A stretch of DNA of 60,389 bases, counting the filler. It is 8 parts of 8 records of this genome, joined end to end, with 100 filler letters (N's around TTAATTAATTAA, not from the genome) between each part and the next. Parts side by side here need not be neighbours in the genome. Positions count along the whole stretch, not along the records: positions 12,589 to 19,684 come from SRR31156797_46914; positions 19,785 to 29,284 come from SRR31156797_46938; 6 more parts are not named here. The stretch is one strand, 5' to 3'. This document shows, in pieces, positions 17,855 through 27,398 of this stretch (the stretch's first letter is position 1; every line of letters starts with the position of its first letter). The notes under the pieces are model-generated. The model searched no databases and was not told the origin of the DNA. It saw only the letters and a program-made list of their open reading frames with translations. The translations under genes were made by a program, and so were the position numbers.

Positions 17855-19639
17855 TCAATTCCCCGCCTTGCCCGCTTCCTGTGCGGCGCCGGACTCCGTA
17901 ACCGAGCAGTCCAGTCCGTCGTCCACTTGAAACTGCATTTCATACAAACGCCGGTATTCACCGTCCGCTTCCATCAACTGGTCGTGATTGCCCTCTTCCA
18001 CAATCCGGCCGTCGGAAATCACAATGATACGATCCGCGTTTCGAACCGTGGACAGGCGATGGGCGATAACAAATGTGGTCCGGCCCCGCATAAGGTTTTC
18101 AAGGGCTTTTTGAACGGCCAACTCCGATTCGGTGTCCAGGGACGAAGTCGCCTCATCCAGTATCAGGATGGGAGCGTTTTTAAGCAGGGCCCTGGCCATG
18201 GCCAATCTCTGGCGCTGCCCGCCGGAAAGCCTGACCCCTCTTTCACCGATCACGGTATTGTAACCTTCGGGCATGGCCGTAATAAAATCATGGGCATATG
18301 AGGATTCAGCCGCCGCCATGACTTCTTCATCAGGCCGTTCGAAATTTCCGTAAGCTATGTTGTACCGGACGGTCTCGTTAAAAAGGATGACCCTCTGGCT
18401 GACCACCCCTATCTGGTCGCGCAAGCTGCGCACGGTCACATCACGGACGTCATGCCCGTCAATGGTAATGCTTCCCTGCCTGACGTCGTGAAAGCGGGGT
18501 ATGAGATTGACCATGGTCGTTTTACCGCCTCCCGACGTACCCACAATAGCCAGGACTTCGCCCGCCTTCACCTTTAGATTAATGTCCTTGAGGACATCTT
18601 CTTCTTCATATCCAAAAGTGACATTCTTGAATTCGATTTCCCTTGAAACCGGCGGCAGGTCGACAGCCCCTTCCTTATCCTGTATTTCAGGTTCCGTGTC
18701 GAGTATCTCGTAAACCCTTTCCGCGGCCGCAATGCCCTGTTGGATGGAAACATTCATCCTGGTAACCCGCTTGATCGGTTCGTAAAGCAGCAGCAGCGCG
18801 GTCATAAAAGATATAAATGAACCCGGTGTTGAACGGCCGGCTACAACTTCGTTACCGCCGTACCAGATGATGCCGGCCACGCACAATCCTCCCAGGGATT
18901 CCATGAATGGAGACGAAATGGATCGAATCGTAACGGTCTTGATGATGATGTCCACGACAGTGCGGCATTCCTTGATGAAGCGGTTGCTTTCAAAATCTTC
19001 CATGTTGAAAGCCTTGACAATGCGCACGCCCTGAAATGTTTCCGACAGGACGTTGGTCAGGTCGCCCATGGTGACCTGGCTGTCCGTGGCCAGTCGTTTC
19101 AGCCTTTTCCCGAAGTAATAAATAGGATAAACCGCCAGGGGGCCGACCAGTATGCCTAAAGTCGCCAGTTTCCAATCACGGAAAAATATCACGAAAAGAA
19201 GTCCGATAATCGTAAAAACGTCCATCACCGCGCCGGTAATAACGTTTGAAACCGCACCCTGGATAAGGTTGACGTCGTTGGTGATCCTGGATATGAGGAC
19301 TCCCGTTGAGTTGCGATGAAAAAACGACAACGACAGCCTCTGCATGTGCGTAAACAGGGCCACGCGAAGATCGTTGACAATGGTCATGCCCACGTAATTC
19401 ATCCAATAGGCCTGGCCGAAAAAAAACACGCCCTTTAAAACATAGACCGCCAAAACAAGAAACGGGATTGCGGCCAGTTTATCCACGTCCCTGGCTATGA
19501 ACACTTCATCCAGCAAGGGTTTGATCAGGTAAGCCACCGCGGATGTGCATAAGGCCACCATGGCCATGCAGATCATGGCCAGCAGCAAGCGCCACCAATG
19601 GGGTCTAACCAGGTTTAAAAGTCGTTTAAAGACTTCCAT
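17855..19639 (-). CDS. msbA: Lipid A export permease/ATPase MsbA
   Basis: TMD-NBD half transporter, Walker A GTSGGGKT, LSGGQRQR, LDEATSSLD; LPS gene context. Confidence 0.88.
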   Translation of the reverse strand: MEVFKRLLNLVRPHWWRLLLAMICMAMVALCTSAVAYLIKPLLDEVFIARDVDKLAAIPFLVLAVYVLKGVFFFGQAYWMNYVGMTIVNDLRVALFTHMQRLSLSFFHRNSTGVLISRITNDVNLIQGAVSNVITGAVMDVFTIIGLLFVIFFRDWKLATLGILVGPLAVYPIYYFGKRLKRLATDSQVTMGDLTNVLSETFQGVRIVKAFNMEDFESNRFIKECRTVVDIIIKTVTIRSISSPFMESLGGLCVAGIIWYGGNEVVAGRSTPGSFISFMTALLLLYEPIKRVTRMNVSIQQGIAAAERVYEILDTEPEIQDKEGAVDLPPVSREIEFKNVTFGYEEEDVLKDINLKVKAGEVLAIVGTSGGGKTTMVNLIPRFHDVRQGSITIDGHDVRDVTVRSLRDQIGVVSQRVILFNETVRYNIAYGNFERPDEEVMAAAESSYAHDFITAMPEGYNTVIGERGVRLSGGQRQRLAMARALLKNAPILILDEATSSLDTESELAVQKALENLMRGRTTFVIAHRLSTVRNADRIIVISDGRIVEEGNHDQLMEADGEYRRLYEMQFQVDDGLDCSVTESGAAQEAGKAGN

Positions 19640-19784
19640 GCTATTCCTTTTTTTTAAAATGAAGCTCCCCGCAGCAAGCTACGGNNNNNNNNNNNNNNNN
19701 NNNNNNNNNNNNNNNNNNNNNNNNNNNNTTAATTAATTAANNNNNNNNNNNNNNNNNNNNNNNNNNNNNNNNNNNNNNNNNNNN

Positions 19785-20501
19785 GGCCTCGGCGAAGCCT
19801 GTGCCTGGGCGCTGTGCATGCACGGGGCCAAGGTCGCGATTTCGGGACGCAGCGCCGGGAAGGCCGAGGCCCTGGCCGACGCCCTGACCGATGCCGGCTT
19901 TGACGCGATCGGTTTGTCCTGCGACGTCACCGATGTTTCCGATATCCGCAGTTCCGTCGATACGGTCGTCGAAGCCTTGGGCGGCCTTGATATCCTGATC
20001 AACTGCACCGGCCTGCATATCGAGGAACCGATGCTCGACGTGACGGAGGAAAACTTCGATACCGTTTATGCGGTCAACCTGAAGGCGTCGATGTTCCTGG
20101 CCCAGGCGGCGGCGCGGCACATGGTTGAAACAAATAGGCAAGGACGCATCATTCATTTCCTGAGCGTGCGTTCGAAGCTGGGGCTGCGCAACCGCGGCTA
20201 TTCGGCTTATTGCAGCACCAAGGGCGGACAGGTGATGATGATCAAGCAGCACGCCATGGAACTGGCGCCGCACAGGATCAACGTCTACGGCGTCGCGCCG
20301 ACCTTCGTCTATACCGATCTGATCCGCCACATCATGGAGAATCCGGAATTCCGCAAGTCCCTGTACGATCGCATCCCCTTGGGCCGCATCGCCGATCCGA
20401 CCGATGTCGTCGGCGCCGTGCTGTTCTTTGCCTCACCGGCGGCCGGCTTCATTACGGGCCAAGTTCTCTACGTCGACGGCGGCATCACCTGCAGCCAGTA
20501 G
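19785..20501 (+). CDS. SDR-family oxidoreductase (5' truncated)
   Basis: GLGEACA, LDILINCTG, YCSTK catalytic motif, ITGQVLYVDGG. Confidence 0.9.
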   Translation, partial: GLGEACAWALCMHGAKVAISGRSAGKAEALADALTDAGFDAIGLSCDVTDVSDIRSSVDTVVEALGGLDILINCTGLHIEEPMLDVTEENFDTVYAVNLKASMFLAQAAARHMVETNRQGRIIHFLSVRSKLGLRNRGYSAYCSTKGGQVMMIKQHAMELAPHRINVYGVAPTFVYTDLIRHIMENPEFRKSLYDRIPLGRIADPTDVVGAVLFFASPAAGFITGQVLYVDGGITCSQ

Positions 20502-20530
20502 TTCGCGGGAAGAGCTAAGATACGCCAATT

Positions 20531-20557
20531 CGTCACCCCCGCGAAGGCGGGGGTCCA
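20531..20557 (+). repeat. CGTC-type REP hairpin, left copy
   Basis: CGTC-ACCCCCGC-GAAG-GCGGGGGT-CCA. Confidence 0.85.
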
Positions 20558-20889
20558 TGAAACCTAAGGCCGATGTAATGGCGAAGCCCGGTTATGTCTA
20601 CATTCTTGCAAGCGGGAAAAACGGCACGCTTTACATCGGTGTGACTTCCGATTTGGTTGCGCGGATTTGGCAACACAAAACGGCAGCAGTAGACGGATTC
20701 ACAAAACGATACGAGGTCAAGAACCTCGTTTACTTCGAGATTTTTGATTCAATCGAAGATGACATCGCGCGCGAGAAGGCCATGAAAAAATGGCGCCGCG
20801 CCTGGAAAATCAGGCATATCGAGGAGACCAACCCGGATTGGCGCGACCTTTACAACGAGATAGCTGGACTCCCGCCTACGCGGGAGTGA
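20557..20889 (+). CDS. GIY-YIG nuclease family protein (UPF0213-like)
   Basis: GYVYILASGKNGTLYIGVTSDLVARIWQHK..REKAMKKWRRAWK..NPDWRDL; start at 20557 or 20578. Confidence 0.92.
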   Translation: MKPKADVMAKPGYVYILASGKNGTLYIGVTSDLVARIWQHKTAAVDGFTKRYEVKNLVYFEIFDSIEDDIAREKAMKKWRRAWKIRHIEETNPDWRDLYNEIAGLPPTRE

Positions 20890-20891
20890 CA
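20865..20891 (-). repeat. CGTC-type REP hairpin, right copy (inverted)
   Basis: Reverse complement reads TGTC-ACTCCCGC-GTAG-GCGGGAGT-CCA; contains the nuclease stop codon. Confidence 0.85.
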
Positions 20892-20961
20892 AGAGGTTTG
20901 AGGCGATTCGATCTGGCCCACTACAATCCTTTGGGTCAGCTTCGCAGACCTCTTATGCCCC

Positions 20962-21255
20962 TCAGTCGTTGGTGACGATGGTGAAGGTCGGTTCGCGGTC
21001 GATCACCATCGGGGTGATGTCCTCGCGCCAGCCCGGCATGTAGGGCATCTCGGAGTGGGCCTTCAACGCCGCTTCGTCCTCGAACAATTCGTACAGGAAG
21101 ATGGTGTTGCCGCCGCCCTCGGGCACCAGGACGTCACAGCGCAGGCAGCCCGGTTCGCTGCGTACGATGCCGGCGTGGCGTTGGGCCCGGGCAATGTAAT
21201 CCTCGCGGCGCTCGGGCTTGCACTCGGCGCGGAAAAGGATGGCTCGGTGGCTCAT
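20962..21255 (-). CDS. Antibiotic biosynthesis monooxygenase (ABM) / putative quinol monooxygenase
   Basis: RSEPGCLRCDV..FLYELFEDEAALKAH. Confidence 0.85.
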   Translation of the reverse strand: MSHRAILFRAECKPERREDYIARAQRHAGIVRSEPGCLRCDVLVPEGGGNTIFLYELFEDEAALKAHSEMPYMPGWREDITPMVIDREPTFTIVTND

Positions 21256-21296
21256 GGTGTTCCTCCCCTGGCCGTCATGAATACCGTTCCCCCATT

Positions 21297-22187
21297 CTAC
21301 ACCTCGCCGGGCGCCGACGCGATAACCGCGTCGTAGGGGTGGCGGGCGTTAATCAGACCGGCATGCAGGAAAACGTCGAGCGCCACCTCGTAGGCGGCGT
21401 GGGATATGGCGACGTCGGGCGTCCAGCAGCCGAGTTGCTGATAGGTCGCGATGGTCGCGGTCAGCACGTCCAGGTCGATATCCGGGAAAAAATCGCTTTC
21501 GGCTTCGGCGATTTCTTCCGCCTGGGTTTCCAGCACGTATTCCCTGGCCTGCCTATAGGCTCGCATGAAGGAGAGCGCCTCGTCGGTTTCGAGCCAGCCC
21601 CTGGTTGCGGTCAAACTGCTGAAGGCGACCGGCCCGATGGCCTCGCCGACCGAGGCGACAATGTATCCGACGCCGTCTTTTTCCAATTGCTGCGGGGCCG
21701 GGCCCTGCAGGTGGATATAGTCGCCCTCGCCGGCGCGAAAGGCGGCGTCCATCTCGTCCGGTTCGCCGGCATCGATAGCTTCGATCTCTTCGTATTCTAT
21801 ACCCATCCTGTGGGCGGCGTATTTGAACATGGCCATGGGCTGGCCCAGATGGTCGACCAGAACCTCGCGGCCGGCCAGTTTGTCCCAAGTGAAATCCGGA
21901 TCGGGTTCGCGCGCCGCCAGGAAAAATCCGTCGCGTTCGTTGATCTGGGCGAAATGGACCAGATCGTGTTCTTCGCCGCGTTCCAGGGGTCCCCAGCTGG
22001 CCGAAACCGCGATCTGGGCCAGATCGGCCGATCCGTCCTGGAGGGCCTGCCAGGCAGTCATTCCCTGCGATGCCGCCGAATAGTTGGCTTCAAGGCCTTC
22101 TTCGGTCAGGAACCCGCCGGCGATCGTCGAAATCAACGGGCTGTAGAACGCCGCGTGCCGCGAAACGATGATGTTGATCTCGGCCAT
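21297..22187 (-). CDS. NMT1/THI5-like ABC substrate-binding protein
   Basis: AFYSPLI..GFLTEEGL, ERDGFFLAAR, FTWDKLAGR; no obvious signal peptide. Confidence 0.75.
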   Translation of the reverse strand: MAEINIIVSRHAAFYSPLISTIAGGFLTEEGLEANYSAASQGMTAWQALQDGSADLAQIAVSASWGPLERGEEHDLVHFAQINERDGFFLAAREPDPDFTWDKLAGREVLVDHLGQPMAMFKYAAHRMGIEYEEIEAIDAGEPDEMDAAFRAGEGDYIHLQGPAPQQLEKDGVGYIVASVGEAIGPVAFSSLTATRGWLETDEALSFMRAYRQAREYVLETQAEEIAEAESDFFPDIDLDVLTATIATYQQLGCWTPDVAISHAAYEVALDVFLHAGLINARHPYDAVIASAPGEV

Positions 22188-22295
22188 TTTCTTTCCCCCC
22201 TGCTTTTCCCGGCGCGTTGTCCGCGCATAATCGGAATATCCGGAATTTTACCCCGCAATCGCCGGCAGGCAATGTTTTCCTGGCATTATCGGGGC

Positions 22296-23483
22296 TCAGG
22301 TGTCCTCGAGAAAATCGAGAATCAGCTGCCGGTCGGCATCCAGGGCGGGAACCGTTCCGCGGGTCGGCGGATCGTTGAAGGCCGACATCTTGATGGGATT
22401 GCCGGCCATCCTCATGGGTTTGCCGCCGGCGCTTTCGGACGACACGATCATGTTGCGGGCCAATACCTGGGCGTCTTCGGTGACGGCGTCGATCCGGTTG
22501 ATCGGTCCCGACGGAATCCCCGCCGATCCCAGAATATCCAGCCACTCGGCGGCGGGCCGCGTCCGCAGCACCGGTTCCAGTTCCTGCTTCAGGGCATCGG
22601 CATTGAAGGTGCGGTCGTGGTTGGTGGTAAAGCGTGGATCGCTTGCCAGGCCGGCGCAGTCCAGGACTTCGCACAGACGCGCGAACAGAACGTCGTTGCC
22701 GGCGGCGACGACGATGTAACCATCGGCGGAGGCAAAGCCCTCGAAGGGCGTGATCGACGGATGACGGGTGCCGAGCGGCCCCGGCACGTCGCCGGTGGCG
22801 AAATACCGCGCCAGGGCGTTTTCCAGGATTGCCACCTGCGAATCCAGCATGGCGACGTCGATTTTCACGCCTTCGCCGGTTTGCGTGCGCGAATAAAGAG
22901 CCGAAGAAATGCCGGTTGCGGTGAACAGGGCGGCGGCAATGTCGCCGATGCTGGTGCCGACGCGCACCGGTTCGCCGTCGGCTTGCCCGGTCAGGCTCAT
23001 GATGCCGCCCATGGCCTGGGCGACCAGGTCGTAGGCGGCGCGCGTGCTGTACGGTCCGGAATGGCCGAAACCCGACGCCGCCGCGTAGATCAGCTTTGGA
23101 AAGCGCGCATGCAGGTCCTGCCAGCCGAAGTCGAGCTTTTCCATGGTGCCGGGCCGGAAGTTCTCGATCACCACATCGGCCTTGGCCAGAAGCCGCCACA
23201 GAACGTCTTTGCCGTCTTCGGCCTTGAGGTCGATCTCGATGCTTTCCTTGCCCCTGTTCAGCGACGCGAAATAGGCCGACTGGCCGTCGACGAAGGGGCC
23301 GAATTTTCTCGAATCGTCGCCGCCGGGCGGTTCGACCTTGATGATCCTTGCGCCCAGATCGGACAACACCATGGTGCAAAACGGACCCGCCAGCACACGG
23401 GTTAGATCGATGACGGTGATGCCGGAAAGGGGGCCGCCGTCTTTCGGTCCGTCGTTTCTTGTTTCCGGTTTGATGATCGACAT
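22296..23483 (-). CDS. CaiB/BaiF family III CoA-transferase
   Basis: Start at ATG 23483 (MSIIKP); GPLSGITVIDLTRVLAGPFC, NRGKES, ENFRPG, RHPSITPF. Confidence 0.9.
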   Translation of the reverse strand: MSIIKPETRNDGPKDGGPLSGITVIDLTRVLAGPFCTMVLSDLGARIIKVEPPGGDDSRKFGPFVDGQSAYFASLNRGKESIEIDLKAEDGKDVLWRLLAKADVVIENFRPGTMEKLDFGWQDLHARFPKLIYAAASGFGHSGPYSTRAAYDLVAQAMGGIMSLTGQADGEPVRVGTSIGDIAAALFTATGISSALYSRTQTGEGVKIDVAMLDSQVAILENALARYFATGDVPGPLGTRHPSITPFEGFASADGYIVVAAGNDVLFARLCEVLDCAGLASDPRFTTNHDRTFNADALKQELEPVLRTRPAAEWLDILGSAGIPSGPINRIDAVTEDAQVLARNMIVSSESAGGKPMRMAGNPIKMSAFNDPPTRGTVPALDADRQLILDFLEDT

Positions 23484-23615
23484 AGATCCTCCGTCGGGGC
23501 CGTAGGCTGTTTTTTTTATCCTGCCTTCTGTATACGAATGATTGGCCGTTTGAACCAGCCCGGTCGAACCTGGGTGGCAATCGGCGAATCCGATTGAGGA
23601 ATGTGGGAGGCGAGA

Positions 23616-24485
23616 ATGACGGAAGCGACCTGTATTTGGGAGGCGCAAGCGGCTCTTGGCGAGGGGCCGGTCTGGGTGGCGCGCGATGCGTGCGTCTATT
23701 GGGTCGATATCAACGGCAAAGCGGTTCACCGCTATACCCCTGCCGGCGGCGCCCGCAAGACCTTCGATCTCGATCGTCAGGTCTGTTCGGTAACGCCGCG
23801 CGCCGAAGGCGGTTTGATCGCGACGACCCGGCACGGCTTCGCCTATCTCGATCTCGAAACCGGCACCTTCGAACCCATCTCCGAGGTCGAGACCGACCTG
23901 CCGCACAACCGGTTCAACGACGCCAAGGCCGATTCCCGGGGCCGGCTGTGGGCCGGGACCATGCATGAGACGGAGCGTAACACCGGGGCCGGTACGCTCT
24001 ATCGTCTCGATACGGACGGCACGGTTGCGGTAATGGATCGCGGCTACGGCGTCACCAACGGTCCGGCCTTTCCCGACGAAGGCACCATGTTTCACACCGA
24101 TTCCATCGCGCGGACCATCTATGCCTTCGATCTGGCCGACGACGGCGGCCTTTCCAACAAGCGGCCGCATATCCGGTTTTCCGAGGACGATGGGGTTCCC
24201 GACGGCATGACGGTCGATTCGGAAGGTTATCTTTGGGTGGCCCACTTCGGCAAAGGCCGGGTGTCGCGTTTTTCGCCGGCCGGCAAGGTGGACGGCGCCA
24301 TCGAAGTGGCGGCCAAACAGTCGACCAGTTGCGTCTTCGGGGGGGCGGATCTGGATACCCTGTATATAACCAGCGCAGCCCAGAATCTGGACGAAGACGC
24401 GTTGCGCGCCCAGCCCTTGGCCGGTGGTTTCTTCGAGGCCCGGGTTGGCGTCGTCGGCCGGCCGACGGCCGAATTCGCCGGCTGA
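23616..24485 (+). CDS. SMP-30/gluconolactonase/LRE family protein
   Basis: LGEGPVW, NRFNDAKAD, TNGPAF, PDGMTVDSEG, DTLYITSA; SD GGGAGG before ATG 23616. Confidence 0.92.
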   Translation: MTEATCIWEAQAALGEGPVWVARDACVYWVDINGKAVHRYTPAGGARKTFDLDRQVCSVTPRAEGGLIATTRHGFAYLDLETGTFEPISEVETDLPHNRFNDAKADSRGRLWAGTMHETERNTGAGTLYRLDTDGTVAVMDRGYGVTNGPAFPDEGTMFHTDSIARTIYAFDLADDGGLSNKRPHIRFSEDDGVPDGMTVDSEGYLWVAHFGKGRVSRFSPAGKVDGAIEVAAKQSTSCVFGGADLDTLYITSAAQNLDEDALRAQPLAGGFFEARVGVVGRPTAEFAG

Positions 24486-24839
24486 TTAAAATTTACGATT
24501 CGGCCCGATTTTACGGGAGAAGGCGACGGGTTCATCCCGGCAGGGGTGTGTGGTTCGATAGTATGAGACATAATCGCAGGTTCGGCTTTCCAAAAAACAA
24601 CTAAAGATAGTTCTTCGATGGCATTTCGCACTCGAAAGCAGGTTTCGGGGCGGCCTTCGCTTGTGATCGGAAAAGGCCTGTAATAGCTTGAGGCGTTCTA
24701 ACAGGGGGAATATCCGGATCGAGGAGACACGGCACCCGTTCGCCGCGACGGGCAGCGGCATAGGTATCGCGTGATGACCAAGCACTTGTCGATCGGGTCC
24801 AATCGTCGGTCTAACTCATTTTTGGATATATTGAACCGG

Positions 24840-25691
24840 ATGAACGCGGCCAGGAATTCGGTATGGCGTTTTGGTGTCGTCATTGCCGTCGCCGCCGTGA
24901 TCGGTTGCGTCGGATCGTTGCCGTCGCGGGCGGCGGAACCCGACCTGAGGATCGGCGGGACCGGAGCGTCGCTCGGGATTGCCGGGATTCTGCTGACGGA
25001 AGTACAAAAACGCCATCCGGATATAGCCGGCGTCGTCCTGCCGAGCCTGGGCAGCGGGGGCGGCATTCGGGCGCTTGCCGCCGGCGCCCTCGACGTTGCG
25101 TTCAGTTCGCGGCCGTTGAAAGAAAAAGAAAAGGGAAACAACCTTCGATTCCGCCTTCTCGGCGGCACGCCGATGATCATCGCCGTCCGCCCGGACAATC
25201 CTCGAAACAACCTCGATATCGACGATCTGAAAGCCATGTTGATGGGCGATATCGACACCTGGAAGAACGGCGTCGGCGTCCGGTTTGTCATGCGGCCGCC
25301 GAACGAAACCGATACCGTCGTTTTTCTCCGGCGGTTTCCGGCGCTCGAACCGGCCTGGCGGAAGATGGAAAAGCGCCTCGGCGCCTTTGTCGCCTATACG
25401 GATCAGCAAAACGCGAAAACCATTGAATCCCTGAGGGGGGCGATCGGTTTAGGCACCTTGGTCCAGCTAATTAGTGAAAAGAGACGTCTCAAGGCGCTGG
25501 CGTTGAACGGGGTGACGCCCAGCGTCGAAACCATCGCGTCCGACCGATACCCGCTTGTGCGGGATCTTTTCATTGTTACGCGGCCAGATCCCGACCCGAA
25601 GACACAGGCCTACGTGGATTTCATCTTCTCGGAGGCGGGGCGGGATATACTTCTGCAAAACGGCGTATTGCCGAAGGCCGCGGGGAAATAA
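24840..25691 (+). CDS. PstS-like periplasmic substrate-binding protein
   Basis: Signal peptide, LRIGGTGA, SLGSGGGIRAL, FSSRPLK, YPLVRDL; start uncertain (24771-24840). Confidence 0.8.
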   Translation: MNAARNSVWRFGVVIAVAAVIGCVGSLPSRAAEPDLRIGGTGASLGIAGILLTEVQKRHPDIAGVVLPSLGSGGGIRALAAGALDVAFSSRPLKEKEKGNNLRFRLLGGTPMIIAVRPDNPRNNLDIDDLKAMLMGDIDTWKNGVGVRFVMRPPNETDTVVFLRRFPALEPAWRKMEKRLGAFVAYTDQQNAKTIESLRGAIGLGTLVQLISEKRRLKALALNGVTPSVETIASDRYPLVRDLFIVTRPDPDPKTQAYVDFIFSEAGRDILLQNGVLPKAAGK

Positions 25692-25698
25692 CCGGACG

Positions 25699-27366
25699 AT
25701 GTTCAGCGAAAGCCACCTGCGGCTGAGAAAGACCATCACCGGCATGGCAATCATGATCGCCATCGGTGTGATCATTCTGGCGCCGACGATATACGGGATG
25801 TCGGCTTATCGAAGCTTGCAGCAGTTCCTGAGCAACCAGGCCGATCTGGTGGTCGCGAATGTATCGCGCCACATCTTCCTTCATCCGGAGATCTGGGTGT
25901 TCGAAGATGAACGCCTTGCCGGGATCGTCGACGCGTCTCTTTTCACACCCGATTCCCGTGTCGAGGTCCTGAGCCGGGAAAACGGCCTGTCATTGACGGT
26001 CGGGGCGGACCCGGCCTGGCCGTTGCTGTCCCGGGCCATGCCCTTGATCGACCCGGCCGGCCCGACCGGCGAGGTCAAAATCGCCATCAGTTTGCTTCCG
26101 ATGCTGCTTGAAACCGTCGCCGTGTTGGCGATTTCGCTGGCGCTGGGAATCTGCATGGTGGTGGTTCTACGGACGATACCCATGCGGGTTCTCGAGCAGA
26201 CCCAAGGGCGTCTGGAGCAGATTTTCAAGACGCTTGAAGACAGCGAAACGCGCCTGCGTGAAGCCCAGAGGATTGCCGGAATTGGAGCCTGGGAGATCGA
26301 CATCGAAAACCGGCAATACAAATGCCGGGGTGAAACCGATTGCTCGCTTGGCTTGCCGAACGGCGTTTCGATATCCTTCGACGACCTTCTTGGACTTATT
26401 CATGCCGACGATTCCGATCGCTTCAGGGCGACAGTGGAAAACCTGATGGCGGGAGAGGGCAGCCGGAATACCGACGAAATCCGCGTCATCCGGAAGGACG
26501 GAGAGGTCCGCTACCTTTCCATGGCCGGCGTCTTGAAATCGGATGAGAACGGCGTGCCGCGACGGATCGATGGGATATTCCACGACATAACCGATCGCAG
26601 GCAGGCCGAGGAAAAACAGAGACAACTGATCGTCGAATTGGGCCAGGCATCAAGATCGAGCATCATGGGTGAAATGGCTTCCGGCCTTGCCCACGAACTC
26701 AATCAACCGTTGGCGGCGATTGCCAATTTTGCCAACGGCATCCGGCAGCGTCTGGCCGCCGGACTCAAAAATCCGGCCGATGTGGAAAAGGCCAGCTCGT
26801 TGATTTCCGAGCAGGTGAGCCGGGCCAACGAAACCATACGTAAGATTCGCTGGCTGATCGGTGAGGCCGAACCGGTGAAGCGGGTTGTCGATATCAACGA
26901 TATCGTCGCCGATGCCATCGGATTGATCCGCAACGAGGCGAACGAAAAATCGGTACTCATTGAAACGGACCTGGAAGACGACCTGCCGCCGGTCATCGTC
27001 GATTCCGTGCAGATCGTACAGGTTGTCGTCAACCTGGCCAGGAACGGGATCGATGCGATGACGTCTGTCGATCACGAACGGCGGCTTGTGATCGACACCC
27101 GGCGGGAAGCGGAAAGCATACGTGTCCGGGTTATCGACAACGGTCCCGGCATCCCGGAAGAGGTTCAGCCGTATCTGTATTTCCCGTTCGTTTCGTCAAA
27201 ACAGGGGGCAATGGGAACCGGGTTGCTGATTTGCCGGCGCATCGTTCGCGATCACGACGGCGAGTTTGTCATAAGTGACCGGGCGGACGGCGGGGTCGAG
27301 GCATCCTTCAAACTGCCGATCGCCGGCCCCGACGATACGGCGTTGACCGAAGGCGGTTCTTTCTAA
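25699..27366 (+). CDS. Membrane PAS-domain sensor histidine kinase (FixL/TtrS-like kinase core)
   Basis: Two TM helices, PAS/PAC (IHADD..DITDR), H-box GLAHELNQPL, NLARNGIDAM, DNGPG, GTGL. Confidence 0.9.
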   Translation: MFSESHLRLRKTITGMAIMIAIGVIILAPTIYGMSAYRSLQQFLSNQADLVVANVSRHIFLHPEIWVFEDERLAGIVDASLFTPDSRVEVLSRENGLSLTVGADPAWPLLSRAMPLIDPAGPTGEVKIAISLLPMLLETVAVLAISLALGICMVVVLRTIPMRVLEQTQGRLEQIFKTLEDSETRLREAQRIAGIGAWEIDIENRQYKCRGETDCSLGLPNGVSISFDDLLGLIHADDSDRFRATVENLMAGEGSRNTDEIRVIRKDGEVRYLSMAGVLKSDENGVPRRIDGIFHDITDRRQAEEKQRQLIVELGQASRSSIMGEMASGLAHELNQPLAAIANFANGIRQRLAAGLKNPADVEKASSLISEQVSRANETIRKIRWLIGEAEPVKRVVDINDIVADAIGLIRNEANEKSVLIETDLEDDLPPVIVDSVQIVQVVVNLARNGIDAMTSVDHERRLVIDTRREAESIRVRVIDNGPGIPEEVQPYLYFPFVSSKQGAMGTGLLICRRIVRDHDGEFVISDRADGGVEASFKLPIAGPDDTALTEGGSF

Positions 27367-27398
27367 GACCAGTTTGGGTTCCCTGGACTGGAGCGGCC

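Noticed and set aside
21339-24245. Long ORFs 21339-23405 (+) and 22090-23580 (-), and the N-terminal extension of 22296-24245
   Set aside because: Antisense or alternate frames of the binding protein, CoA-transferase and SMP-30 genes; the real CoA-transferase starts at 23483.
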